IMG/VR virus record: IMGVR_UViG_3300036713_000599
Source of the DNA: a virus
Taxonomy: Duplodnaviria > Caudoviricetes
Reading direction: 5' to 3' (one strand)
DNA: 64,000 nucleotides
In this document: piece by piece, positions 26,368 to 35,933 of the stretch
How positions within the stretch are numbered: the stretch's first letter is position 1
Layout of the letters: every line of letters starts with the position of its first letter
Position numbers and translations under genes: made by a program
The notes under the pieces: model-generated
The model's input: the letters and a program-made list of their open reading frames with translations, nothing else
Told to the model about the DNA's origin: nothing
The model's database searches: none

Positions 26368-27225
26368 ATGAAAAAAGGATTAGTGTTGTCGGGCGGCGGG
26401 GCTAAGGGTGCGTTTCAGCTTGGCGTTCTTCAAAAGTGGATGCTGGAAGATAACAGGGACTACGATATTCTCTGTGGTGTGTCCGTAGGGGCTCTGAATG
26501 TGTCTGTTCTGGGCCAGACCCCTTTCGGCAGACCAGAAGCTGCATTCACACAGCTTTTGTCTATGTGGGATCGGGTCCAGAATAGGGCTATTTGGAAGCA
26601 CTGGTTTTTACCTTACGTGGGGGTTCTGTGGAATCGGTCGGTTTTTAATTCTAGTCCTTTACAAGATTGGGTCCGCAATGAGTCCGACGTGAAGACAGTG
26701 AGGGCTTCAGGACGCGAGGTTCGGGTGGGGGCGGTAAATCTCAACACTGGGCGGTACGAGATGGTCAGTCAGAGGTCTGATCACTTTTCAGATTTCGTCT
26801 ATGCGTCGGCTAGCTTCCCTCTATTCTTCAAGCCTATGGTGCTCAAGGGCGAGGAGTGGACGGATGGAGGGATCAGGAATATCACGCCGATTGGGGAGGC
26901 TATTAAACTCGGGGCTGAAGAAATCGACGTTATCATGACCTCGCCTCTTACGGACGGAAACCGTTGGGTGTCGCCTAAGTGGCCAAGCGGGATTCCGTAC
27001 GTAACCCGTATCATTGACATTATGTCCACAGAGATCTTTCTAGGTGACCTTAAGGAGGCAGGATTGAAGAATCGTCTTGCCGAACTGAAGGAGCCGTACC
27101 GGCAGGTCAAGATTAGGATCATGGCCCCTGAGAAGGGCTTGACGAAAGATTCCCTTAACTTCTCACCCTCTGAAGTACTAAGAATGAGGGAGATTGGGTA
27201 CAAGCAGGCGTGCCAATCTGACTGA
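26368..27225 (+). CDS. Patatin-like phospholipase
   Basis: Oxyanion motif LVLSGGGAKG, nucleophile elbow GVSVG and catalytic DGG (WTDGGI) all present; no transmembrane segment seen. Confidence 0.9.
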   Translation: MKKGLVLSGGGAKGAFQLGVLQKWMLEDNRDYDILCGVSVGALNVSVLGQTPFGRPEAAFTQLLSMWDRVQNRAIWKHWFLPYVGVLWNRSVFNSSPLQDWVRNESDVKTVRASGREVRVGAVNLNTGRYEMVSQRSDHFSDFVYASASFPLFFKPMVLKGEEWTDGGIRNITPIGEAIKLGAEEIDVIMTSPLTDGNRWVSPKWPSGIPYVTRIIDIMSTEIFLGDLKEAGLKNRLAELKEPYRQVKIRIMAPEKGLTKDSLNFSPSEVLRMREIGYKQACQSD

Positions 27226-27305
27226 GATTTCTTTTATGGGTTCGATCCGGCAGGGATCCGCCCGTTCGATTGCCCAGCTTTTTGGGATTTAGTAGGAGAC
27301 AGCAT

Positions 27306-27911
27306 ATGCTACGGCTCATTCATGCACAGACTGTTCAGGGGGCCATCTATGTAGACGACATCGATGATGGTTTGCCCAACAAGCCAGCCCATAGGATGGG
27401 ATCTGTTGGTGACCCTAATGCTTATGCAAGGGACGGTTATGCCAACGATCCCAAGCAACCTTGTTATGTCCCTCGCGTGAAGGCCGCGGACGAGAGTGTT
27501 GCAGGGTATATTGACCTGGAGGAATCGGAGAGAGTTTTGGCTTCTTCCGGTGGCGGTAAAATCGCAGGCCTTGTCAGAGCTGGTCTCATCTCTGTGGTAC
27601 AGTTCGTCGAAGGCGACCTCGCGGTTCCGGTCATTACAGGTGTGACTCTTGACTCACCTGCGGCTGGCGACGTGACCATTGACGGCACCGGGTTCCTCTC
27701 TATTGACCCTGAAGTTACCTCAGTGAACCTCTCGGGTGCGGGTGTAGGTGACGTTACTTTGACACAAGCTCAGATTGAGGCTGTGAGTCCTGGTGCTGTC
27801 GGTGGTACTCAAATTATCATTGACTCGACTTTGATCGCAGGCCTTGCTAGTGCTGATGATGTTGTTGTCACTGCCGACACCCAAGAATCTAACATCTTCG
27901 CGGTGCCCTGA
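27306..27911 (+). CDS. Virion structural protein with C-terminal Ig/IPT-like domain
   Basis: AGGAG RBS before ATG 27306; VITGVTLDSPAAGDVTIDGTGF is a TIG/IPT-like start; paralogous to the C-terminus of 28322-29440. Confidence 0.6.
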   Translation: MLRLIHAQTVQGAIYVDDIDDGLPNKPAHRMGSVGDPNAYARDGYANDPKQPCYVPRVKAADESVAGYIDLEESERVLASSGGGKIAGLVRAGLISVVQFVEGDLAVPVITGVTLDSPAAGDVTIDGTGFLSIDPEVTSVNLSGAGVGDVTLTQAQIEAVSPGAVGGTQIIIDSTLIAGLASADDVVVTADTQESNIFAVP

Positions 27912-27919
27912 GACGTGAC

Positions 27920-28300
27920 GTGCAGTATCGCCATTTACCTAGGTTGTTGCAGCAAGAAGGCGACCGCTTCTATCAGGTCGATAAGAGGTGGCGGCCGAAG
28001 GAGATCATTCCACCGATCATCAGTGGCAACATCCTTAAGGACGCTGTGGCGAAGTACCGTGACCTCAGAGAAGCCGAGGATGAATTGCAGACCTTGGAGA
28101 GGGCTCACGTGTACATCCGCATCCTCAATAGGATGCAGCTCGCTCTACGGCGAGCCCAATTTGCGTGGCGATCTGATGATCTTGTGCTCGTCACAGCCAT
28201 TGCAGAATTTTACAGTGATTACGGGACTGTCCTCCAGAATCTTAAGATCGATGAGGGTCGGGGGCGGTTCGCCAACCATGAGGATGGCTCAGTTCGCTGA
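27920..28300 (+). CDS. Small helical hypothetical protein
   Basis: 126 aa; more protein-like composition than the overlapping 27915 frame. Confidence 0.5.
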   Translation: MQYRHLPRLLQQEGDRFYQVDKRWRPKEIIPPIISGNILKDAVAKYRDLREAEDELQTLERAHVYIRILNRMQLALRRAQFAWRSDDLVLVTAIAEFYSDYGTVLQNLKIDEGRGRFANHEDGSVR

Positions 28301-28321
28301 GGAACCAAATAGGAGTCAACA

Positions 28322-29440
28322 ATGAGAGTCGGCGTCATTCGCGGAGATCTTCCTGGTCCCGTCTTCTTGGCGGACCTGGAGCCAGTTTCTCGCTACAACC
28401 CCCCAACAGAACCACGCGGGCAGGAGCGGTACGTCAGTCGCCCCGTAACGTCCGTTGTTGGGGCTGCTCTGTCGGACACGTTGACTGGGGCTGGTGCAAC
28501 CCTTGCGGGCAGTGACATTTCGGGAAGTTTCCCGCTTGCCATAAATGGCACGAACGATGACCTTAAGGTCAAGACCTCGTCTTCCGCATCTTTCACCACA
28601 GTCAGCGTTGCTAACGCGTCTTATACTACCTTGACGGACTTGATCGCGGCTTTGAATGCGGCCCTAGTAGGAACCGGTATCACGGCTCGTGAGAACGTCG
28701 CTGGCAACGGCATCGCCTTAGAGTCCGATACTTATGGTGTAGATAGCTACATCGAGAATGACAGCGTGGCGGGCGGGTCGACGTCAAACACGCCTCTTGG
28801 TCTTGCTGACGGTGCGGTCAGAGACATGCCCGCGGTTTCAGATTTCATTACGGACAGTCTCCCTGTCGGGGGCCCTCTTGACGTGTCTGCTACGACCATC
28901 AAGGCCGTGGGTTCCGGTACTAACTCTAATGCTTTGAATATCATCCCTGATTCTCGTGGGACTGTTGCAGCGGTAGCGGACGCTATAGCTCCACAGTTTG
29001 TCGAAACTCCCGTAGCTCTCGATAGCTACCTTGTGGGAAATATGGCCGATCTCCTTTCGGCTAACTTCAATCCTGACCCAAGACGTCAGCCGGCTCTGTC
29101 CAATGGTGCTGCCATTGCTGTGGTTGAGGACGATGGTTCCACTTCATTCTCCCTCACACTTCCGACAGTATCTTCGGCAACCCTTAATAGTCCTGGAGCT
29201 GGTGACATAACCATCGCTGGCACAGGATTGGGTGATGCAGAGCGGAATGAGACTCTAATCAAGTTCACAGGTGACGTTGCGACTGTCATCAGTCAGCAGC
29301 TTCTGGAGTCCGTTGGAGGGTCGGTAAGCGACACGTCTATCGTGGTCCCTGCCTCCTTAATCTCAGGGGCCGCTACGACCACGACCTCTGTGCAGGTTCA
29401 GGTTCGGCGACGAGTGTCATCGATCGCAGCAGTTAGTTAG
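28322..29440 (+). CDS. Virion structural protein with sheath-like insertion domain and C-terminal Ig/IPT-like domain
   Basis: AGGAG RBS; INGTNDDLKV...SYTTLTDLIAALN resembles the repeated domains in the sheath; TVSSATLNSPGAGDITIAGTG matches 27306. Confidence 0.6.
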   Translation: MRVGVIRGDLPGPVFLADLEPVSRYNPPTEPRGQERYVSRPVTSVVGAALSDTLTGAGATLAGSDISGSFPLAINGTNDDLKVKTSSSASFTTVSVANASYTTLTDLIAALNAALVGTGITARENVAGNGIALESDTYGVDSYIENDSVAGGSTSNTPLGLADGAVRDMPAVSDFITDSLPVGGPLDVSATTIKAVGSGTNSNALNIIPDSRGTVAAVADAIAPQFVETPVALDSYLVGNMADLLSANFNPDPRRQPALSNGAAIAVVEDDGSTSFSLTLPTVSSATLNSPGAGDITIAGTGLGDAERNETLIKFTGDVATVISQQLLESVGGSVSDTSIVVPASLISGAATTTTSVQVQVRRRVSSIAAVS

Positions 29441-29533
29441 TTTTTGATGATACTTAGATGAAGATGAAAAATAGATCTAGAGCCCAAATTCGATAATTGC
29501 AGGCACTCTGTGCCCAGACTAAGAGAAGATCAG

Positions 29534-29788
29534 ATGACGAATAGGAACCAAAATCCAGACGAGTTCCGGACAAGTGATCTGTACTTCGCGGCCTATCTTC
29601 AGGTGGCGGGGGCACGGATGATTAAAACAGACCGAAATGATCGTAATAAAGTTACTTTTGTCTTTGACTCCTCAGTGACCAACATTGAGGAGTTGAAGAC
29701 GGCCTGGTTTAATCGGACGGGAAGGGTGGAGGCTTTACCCTTTTCGGATGCGGTGAAAAGTCTTAAGAGCATTTGCCACATGAGCTGA
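29534..29788 (+). CDS. DUF5659-like small protein
   Basis: FRTSDLYFAAYLQVAG...KVTFVF matches the DUF5659 pattern as I recall it. Confidence 0.6.
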   Translation: MTNRNQNPDEFRTSDLYFAAYLQVAGARMIKTDRNDRNKVTFVFDSSVTNIEELKTAWFNRTGRVEALPFSDAVKSLKSICHMS

Positions 29789-30109
29789 GTAAACATTTGC
29801 CACACACCGTGTCTTAGTGTGTGCTAGGTATACGGAGTGTGAGGTTCGTGGTCGAAACAAAGACACGTCTGACTTCTAGTTGTTGGGCAAGCCGTAATAC
29901 TTTTGCAAGAACAACCTCTCCTCTAAATCTTTGGCTTCGGGCTAAAAGAGACAAGTTTGTAGGAGCGGCTCGTGCGAGCCACCCAAGAACCCATTGAGTG
30001 TGTGACCTGGCGCTTGGGCACGCAGAGAACGATTCCGAGTCCTACGGGAGTCTGTCCCAAGAAAGATCGTTAAGGTTCTCTTGATACTTTGTCTTCTTGC
30101 GGAGGCGAA

Positions 30110-30511
30110 GTGACAACTACCCGTGGACGACAGTTAATCCAGATCAATCAGGTGGTTTTCGATCAACCCGACTTCTTTGAGTCTGACGGGTTCACGAGAA
30201 AAACTGGTTTGGTCGTAGGTGACCTGACTTATGAGGTATTTTTCAACAATACCCCACAACCCTGGGTGTTGATTGATGGTTCGAGCACCACTGATAGCCA
30301 GGTTCGATCTGGAACCGTCTATTGGACGGAAGTCCCTGGTAGCCCTGGGTTCTATAACGTCCGGTGGCGTCCTAATGCGATTGGGTATTGGCGAGTGCTT
30401 ATTACCTACACAGCAGGTACTCAGATAATGGGCCAGGACTATGATGTGGTGGCTACCCTACCGCAAGCTGAGACAGGACTCCGAGCAACCTTCACCAAGC
30501 CTTGCAGCTAA
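30110..30511 (+). CDS. Small structural protein (Ig-like beta-sandwich)
   Basis: GGAGG RBS before GTG 30110; EVPGSPGFYNVRWRPNAIGYWRV strand pattern. Confidence 0.55.
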   Translation: MTTTRGRQLIQINQVVFDQPDFFESDGFTRKTGLVVGDLTYEVFFNNTPQPWVLIDGSSTTDSQVRSGTVYWTEVPGSPGFYNVRWRPNAIGYWRVLITYTAGTQIMGQDYDVVATLPQAETGLRATFTKPCS

Positions 30512-30549
30512 CAAGGCTCTTTTTGTGAGTCCTTCCGTGTGAGGTTCCC

Positions 30550-30936
30550 ATGACTAGCAAGACCAATTATCTCAAAACTCAATTTCTCAACCACGCGTTG
30601 AGAAATATTGCATACAGTCCCCCTACCGCCGTCTATGTGGGTTTGTTCATTGTTGCTCCGGACGACACGGGTGGTGGAACAGAAGTCACAGGTGGGGCCT
30701 ATGTCAGGCAGTTAGCCTCTTTTACGGCCCCCTCACCGGAAAGTTGTTCGAATGACGCAGACATAGTCTTTCCAATGGCAACCGCTGATTGGGGCAACAT
30801 TGTGGCGTTTGCTCTGTTTGATGCCGCGTCAGCAGGCAATATGATGTACCATGCCAATCTTACGGCAAGTAGGGAAGTTCTGACTTCGGACCAACTTAGG
30901 TTCCCCTCCGGCCAGCTTATGGTGATCGAGCAGTAA
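30550..30936 (+). CDS. Conserved small phage structural protein (often annotated tail fibre protein)
   Basis: YLKTQFLNHALR...VYVGLF...GTEVTGGAYVRQ..F...WGNIVAFALFDAASAGN is a widespread phage virion protein pattern. Confidence 0.7.
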   Translation: MTSKTNYLKTQFLNHALRNIAYSPPTAVYVGLFIVAPDDTGGGTEVTGGAYVRQLASFTAPSPESCSNDADIVFPMATADWGNIVAFALFDAASAGNMMYHANLTASREVLTSDQLRFPSGQLMVIEQ

Positions 30937-30942
30937 CGAGCC

Positions 30943-31809
30943 ATGGCAAACCTCGATGCGGCAGGGACAGCAACAGGGACTACGACCCTTTTGGGGACTG
31001 TTGCGATTTTTGTTGCTGTTTCAGGGTTAGCCTCGGGCCAGGCGGTCGTTTCAGGTGATGTGTGGCCTCAGGGGGCTGGGGTAGCCTTAGGCTCTTCTAC
31101 GGTCGTTGGAGCGGCAGCAGTCATATACAACGTTTCCGCTAGTGTTCAGGGAGAGGCTACCGTTACGGCTTCTGTTGGCCGAATTCAGATTGTCACGGGC
31201 CAACTCCAGGGGTCGGGTACTCTTGAAGCCGATCTGACTACGACTGTTGCCGGAACGGCTACAGGTTCGTCGTTGATGACGGGATCGGCTTTTCGGACTA
31301 TCAACGCCAAGGGGTTGATTCTTGGCCGCGGTGAGTTCAAGTGGGTGGGGGCACCTTTGCCTGTCTACGGGTCTTCGACAATGGTTGGATTTCCCATTGT
31401 TGAGTCCCGTGCTCCAGCGGTATGGGCCGTTGTGTGTTCTCCTAAGCAATTCCGGTACCGCCAGTTATTGCAGCGTGGGGACTTGCCGATCTTTATTTGC
31501 GATAGAGCTGGTCCCGTTTCTCCTGTATGGGTTCGGTACACCATGTACCACATCTTGCGTTGTGGTGCCCGTCGCAGAATAGGGCCGGCTAGGAGAGTTC
31601 CCGTGTCGGGGAAGGTGGGTGAGTTCTACGTGTCTGGTAGGGCGGGTGATCTTGGGCAGCCAGGGTCATGGCTCGTCTTGTGGGAGTGGCGGTATGGGCA
31701 TACCTCGGCGACTCAGAGTAAGGAAATGCAGTTTGAGGTGCTCGATGCTGTCTTGGCCGACTGCCCTCGGGACACCACAGTTAGGCATCGAAAGTACGGG
31801 TGGAGCTGA
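30943..31809 (+). CDS. Virion structural protein with G/A/T/S/V-rich N-terminal repeat region
   Basis: 288 aa; low-complexity beta-repeat N-half; C-terminal Ig-like segment resembling the N-terminal domain of 32159. Confidence 0.55.
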   Translation: MANLDAAGTATGTTTLLGTVAIFVAVSGLASGQAVVSGDVWPQGAGVALGSSTVVGAAAVIYNVSASVQGEATVTASVGRIQIVTGQLQGSGTLEADLTTTVAGTATGSSLMTGSAFRTINAKGLILGRGEFKWVGAPLPVYGSSTMVGFPIVESRAPAVWAVVCSPKQFRYRQLLQRGDLPIFICDRAGPVSPVWVRYTMYHILRCGARRRIGPARRVPVSGKVGEFYVSGRAGDLGQPGSWLVLWEWRYGHTSATQSKEMQFEVLDAVLADCPRDTTVRHRKYGWS

Positions 31810-32147
31810 TGAACTTAACGAGGCGTGTTGTTGCTCGATACCTTGGGGCTCTGACTAAGAGAGATCTCCCTCCAGCTTTTCGTGAGGAGTGGGGACGGTT
31901 CGTTCAGCGAATAGGTGGGTCAGACGGTGACTTTGAGGTCGTTGTTTCGATCCCTTCGGAAGCCTTAGACAAAAAGTTTGGGGGTGCTCCTGACAAGATG
32001 GACTTGAAACGAGAATTCAGCCGATACTTCACTTTCTCTTCCAAGGTTCCTGGTGGGGTTAGTGGACGACTAGTGAATCTTGTTGCTCAGAGGCAGGGTG
32101 GCGACTTGAAGGTCACGATCGAGTGGCAAGAGCGCTGGGGACTATAA
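31809..32147 (+). CDS. Small hypothetical protein starting MNLTRRVVARYL
   Basis: TGATG overlap with the upstream stop; N-terminus resembles that of 5663. Confidence 0.55.
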   Translation: MNLTRRVVARYLGALTKRDLPPAFREEWGRFVQRIGGSDGDFEVVVSIPSEALDKKFGGAPDKMDLKREFSRYFTFSSKVPGGVSGRLVNLVAQRQGGDLKVTIEWQERWGL

Positions 32148-32158
32148 GAAGGTGAACG

Positions 32159-33049
32159 ATGTCGGTAGCGTTTTATAAAGGTCAGCAACTGGGGTGTGAG
32201 GATCTGAACATCTTCCTAGAGGACACTGCGGGGGTGCCTACGAACGCAGCTGAAATTCACTATGCTTTATACGACTTCACTACGGGACAGGAAGTTCTCT
32301 TGGGTGCTCCCAGAAGGACTCCTTCTAGCTCTTCGGTGGGTGCTTACTACGCGAGTGTGATTGTTCCTCTCGACGCCAATATCGGTAGCTATAGGGTGAG
32401 GTGGACTTTCAGAGAGAAGGTAGGCGGTCCTGTTCATCAGGTAGTGCAGGAATTCGAGGTTATTGACAAAGCTACGAACCTGGTTAGCCAGTTCTCTTCG
32501 TGTGAGGACGATATGATTCGGAGGCTCCGGATTCTCCTTCGAGATAATTCCCCGGATCGAAATTATCATTTCAGGCCCCCCGCTCACGAAACCACCATTG
32601 GGCAGTTCAACCAGGTGTTTGGGTACATCTGGGAAGACGAGGAATTACAGGAATACCTACTTCGGGGTCTGGACATGATTGCCGCAGCACCTCCGAGGAC
32701 CCCCTTCACGAGCTGTGACCAGCTCGTTCGATGTTACCCCGAATGGCGCACTCTTTTACTCAATGGGGCGTCCATGCATGCCCTATTTGCTTTGATGGTG
32801 AACTGGATTTCGGACGAGTTCAGTTATAGTGTGGGCGGAGTTTCTCTGGACATCGAAAAGTCCAGCAAGTACGAATCGGCCTACCAGGCTATGCGGGATC
32901 AGTTCGATACGCAATTAGAGCGAGCCAAGCAAACAGTGAAGACAATTCGCGGCCTTCAGCAGCCTCGCTATGGTGTAGGTATCCGTAGTGCTTTTGGTCC
33001 GTATACCGGCCGGGGTACCCTAAGTCCTCGAAAATTCGTAGGATTCTGA
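32159..33049 (+). CDS. Putative head-tail adaptor (neck protein 1)
   Basis: Helical C-half ending FSYSVGGVSLDIEKSSKYESAYQAMRDQFDTQL, reminiscent of adaptor proteins; position ahead of other neck genes. Confidence 0.55.
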   Translation: MSVAFYKGQQLGCEDLNIFLEDTAGVPTNAAEIHYALYDFTTGQEVLLGAPRRTPSSSSVGAYYASVIVPLDANIGSYRVRWTFREKVGGPVHQVVQEFEVIDKATNLVSQFSSCEDDMIRRLRILLRDNSPDRNYHFRPPAHETTIGQFNQVFGYIWEDEELQEYLLRGLDMIAAAPPRTPFTSCDQLVRCYPEWRTLLLNGASMHALFALMVNWISDEFSYSVGGVSLDIEKSSKYESAYQAMRDQFDTQLERAKQTVKTIRGLQQPRYGVGIRSAFGPYTGRGTLSPRKFVGF

Positions 33050-33092
33050 TATTCCAGACTTTCGTGACTTTCTGCTAGCATGGAGATAAAAG

Positions 33093-33374
33093 ATGAAAGA
33101 TGAAAACCAAAACACAGATAAGTCGGTTCCTCAAGAAACGCCCGTTTCCCGAGAGGACCTAGATCAACTCGAACATCTTCAACGAGTTCGCGTCCAACTT
33201 TCACAAGAGGGCGTGGATATAGACTTGAGGAAAGTCGAGATTCTTGCGACGGTTCGTCGGTTGGACCAGCAGAGGGATGAGATATTCCGAAAAATCTTGG
33301 AGGACAGAGGTTTTCCCCAAGGGACAGTGATTGAGATCAATCCAAAGGACGGGTCCTTTAAGGTGTCTTCTTAG
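33093..33374 (+). CDS. Small coiled-coil hypothetical protein
   Basis: GGAG RBS, 93 aa, helical. Confidence 0.55.
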   Translation: MKDENQNTDKSVPQETPVSREDLDQLEHLQRVRVQLSQEGVDIDLRKVEILATVRRLDQQRDEIFRKILEDRGFPQGTVIEINPKDGSFKVSS

Positions 33375-33410
33375 CAACTCTCTTTATGGATCGATCTATG
33401 AGGAGACACT

Positions 33411-34769
33411 ATGCCGTACGCCTCAGATCGTGACAGACGCCCTCATTGGGATGAGATTGAGCAGTCTCCGTGGCCTGCCCCTCCACGGAATATGTTTCTG
33501 ACGAGTGGCTTTGATGCGGGGGTGTTTGACTTGGTGTGGGACGACCCTGCAAGTTTAGCCCTCAACTCTCGTTTTCACATTTGTGGCGTGAACATTTACC
33601 GTTCGTTCGACTCTGAGTTTGGTCCCTATGATCGCGTAACCAACCTCCCTATCGGGGCAATGTATTGGCGGGATCGTACGGATAACGTGCTTGTAGAGAA
33701 CGAGATGGTTGAGGATAATCATTGGATCCTCAGGGGAGTCCAGACAGCCGGTTCTAATCAGGTACGGTATGTGTTGTGCACACAGCGTCGCCCTATCGTT
33801 AAGTCGGGCTCCCAGGCAATTCCTGCTGATGCGCCTACGGATGTTATCGTTACGGTTGACGGGCAGCGAGCGACGGTTCTGAGGGTGGACGGTCCTTCAG
33901 GTGAAATTGAGTTGGATCCTGCTTGGTACCCCAATGTTGACACACAGACGCTTGAGCCAGCGATTGTGCCTGGGGACAGCTCTGAGACTCGCGTCACGTA
34001 TCTGTACAATCGACGTCTACTGAGGACTGATTTAGACCAACGAATCTTCTACCGTATCACCACAGTAGGTGTTCCAACTACCAAGCCTATCGAAATAGCC
34101 CAACCTCAAGATCTTAGGGAGACCCCTCTAGAGTGGGCGGCGTTTACGTCAAACAAGGAAATCGAGAAGATTGACTATATTTGGCGTGAGGCCGTTCGCC
34201 GTAACGCTTGGATCCTCCGTCAGGGTGGAGAACGCGTCCAAGTCTTCATGCGGAAGAGGAACGGCCTTCCTTGCGAGTGTACAGAGAGGCCTAGACATAA
34301 GCAGCCTCAGAATGATTGCAGAAAATGTTACGGTGTCGGTTTTGTTGGCGGCTACGAAGGCCCCTTCCCCCTCATAATCTCTCCTGATGATGCTGAGCGT
34401 CGGATTGCTCAGCGGGACATTGGTCGCACGGTTGAGCACGTCTACGAGGTTTGGACGGGACCGAGCCCTCTTCTTAGCCAAAGAGACTTCCTGGTGAAGA
34501 TCAACGGAGAGAGGTACAGCATTGGGGCCGTGAGGATGCCGACCAATAGGGGAATGGTGCTTCAGCAGCATTTCAATATCGGCCACATTGACGAGTGTGA
34601 TGTGCGCTACCATGTGCCGATGGATAGCCCCACTGGTCATGTTGTGACCCAGTTGACCCCCTCCGCCCCACCAGGAGGCGAGCCTGCTCAGGTGACGGAT
34701 AAGCCTAATATCCCTAATGAGAGACAACTTCGCGGTCGCACAAAAACATGGGAGAATATTTCGTACTAA
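33411..34769 (+). CDS. Putative head-closure / neck protein with FnIII-like N-terminus and Cys cluster
   Basis: GAGGAG RBS; PAPPRNMFL..DLVWDDP (FnIII-like); CEC...CRKCYGVGFVGGY; DFLVKINGERYSI barrel motif typical of head-closure proteins. Confidence 0.55.
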   Translation: MPYASDRDRRPHWDEIEQSPWPAPPRNMFLTSGFDAGVFDLVWDDPASLALNSRFHICGVNIYRSFDSEFGPYDRVTNLPIGAMYWRDRTDNVLVENEMVEDNHWILRGVQTAGSNQVRYVLCTQRRPIVKSGSQAIPADAPTDVIVTVDGQRATVLRVDGPSGEIELDPAWYPNVDTQTLEPAIVPGDSSETRVTYLYNRRLLRTDLDQRIFYRITTVGVPTTKPIEIAQPQDLRETPLEWAAFTSNKEIEKIDYIWREAVRRNAWILRQGGERVQVFMRKRNGLPCECTERPRHKQPQNDCRKCYGVGFVGGYEGPFPLIISPDDAERRIAQRDIGRTVEHVYEVWTGPSPLLSQRDFLVKINGERYSIGAVRMPTNRGMVLQQHFNIGHIDECDVRYHVPMDSPTGHVVTQLTPSAPPGGEPAQVTDKPNIPNERQLRGRTKTWENISY

Positions 34770-35272
34770 TGCCTCCCAAGACTTTTGTAGCTCGCATTAA
34801 TTATAAGCCCCTTGCCTTGGACGAGGTTGAGAGACTCAAGCCTGAGCGGGTCTTGAAGTATATTCAAAGGGAGGTGCTTAGGGCTATCAGGTCGAGAATC
34901 CAGGTAGCGGCCTTTTCAGCGGAGGCGAAAAAAGCTCTGAGCCAAGGCATGCGGACGAAAATCGGTCCGAGAAGTTTGACAATTGAAGCCACTCATCCAG
35001 CTTTTTTCCCTCTTATTAGGGGTCAGGCTCGTGGGCAGATGACGTGGTTGAGAGGTGCGCGGGCTCCAATCCCTATTGTCCGAGATGACGGTAAAGTAAT
35101 CTTTCGGACTGCAACTGCGAAGTCGATGAAGGACGGGAAATGGATTCATCCGGGGCACAAGTCGACAACGATTATCGAGGAGGCCCGGAAAGAGGCTCGC
35201 GAGATTGTCAAGAAACGCATGAAGAAAGAGATTCAGCGGCAGATCAGAGCAGCTATAGGAAAATCTAGATGA
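34769..35272 (+). CDS. Putative neck / tail-completion protein (basic)
   Basis: Basic ~167-aa protein with WIHPG..TTIIEEA, similar in style to HK97 gp10-like proteins; assignment mostly by position. Confidence 0.45.
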   Translation: MPPKTFVARINYKPLALDEVERLKPERVLKYIQREVLRAIRSRIQVAAFSAEAKKALSQGMRTKIGPRSLTIEATHPAFFPLIRGQARGQMTWLRGARAPIPIVRDDGKVIFRTATAKSMKDGKWIHPGHKSTTIIEEARKEAREIVKKRMKKEIQRQIRAAIGKSR

Positions 35273-35910
35273 GTAATAAGCAAGGTTCTTACACGGTTGT
35301 GGGTATGGTGACAGGCACCCACTTGGTCGAAGACATCAACGTCACGGTCCCTCATCAGGTCGCAGTGGATATTTCGGCAGACGATGCGCACCGCTCACGT
35401 GATTTATGGATTGGGATCGACCAGAAGCGCCTGTTTTTGTTGAAGGGCCATTCCCGGACTGCTAGAGCGGTACCGCAAACCCCAGCCCCTTCGTTGCCTA
35501 CAGGCACCAAGGAGAGTGACAACCTCAGGGTTGAATTAGATACAACTAGGAAGGAATTGGCCGTTGTCCAGAAGAAGTTGGATACTGCCCTATCCGAACT
35601 TGCGGTGGCTCAAGACCGAAACACTTCTCTTCAGGAAACCCGTGCGTCTCTTCAAGAGGACCACGCAAAGAAGCTAGAGACTATTGTGACAATGTTGTCC
35701 AGGTTGGAGACGGGCCAGGTGAACGTGGTTGAGGGTGTTCAAGAGGCCCTGCAGGCAGTGGAAGCACCGGTTTTCATTCCTGGGAAGATTCAGCCGGTGG
35801 GGGCTGAGGCGAACATTCAGCCCAAGGAAGGCGACGTTCTTAAAAAATCTTCGGTCAAGGGTGCTGCCTCCACTCTTCGGGCTCTGCGCAAAGGTAAAGG
35901 TAAGAAGTAA
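35269..35910 (+). CDS. Protein with small N-terminal domain, central coiled coil and basic tail
   Basis: LRVELDTTRKELAVVQKKLDTALSELAVAQDRNTSLQE heptads; ends LRALRKGKGKK. Confidence 0.6.
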   Translation: MSNKQGSYTVVGMVTGTHLVEDINVTVPHQVAVDISADDAHRSRDLWIGIDQKRLFLLKGHSRTARAVPQTPAPSLPTGTKESDNLRVELDTTRKELAVVQKKLDTALSELAVAQDRNTSLQETRASLQEDHAKKLETIVTMLSRLETGQVNVVEGVQEALQAVEAPVFIPGKIQPVGAEANIQPKEGDVLKKSSVKGAASTLRALRKGKGKK

Positions 35911-35933
35911 TCCATTGATTCAAGAGGCGTGTT

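Noticed and set aside
26368-27225. Patatin as a CBASS or other anti-phage defence effector
   Set aside because: No nucleotidyltransferase, sensor or other defence gene is adjacent; neighbours are all virion genes.
27915-28325. Alternative 136-aa ORF overlapping 27920-28300
   Set aside because: Ser/Arg/Cys-rich composition typical of an off-frame reading, and it overlaps the next gene's RBS and start.
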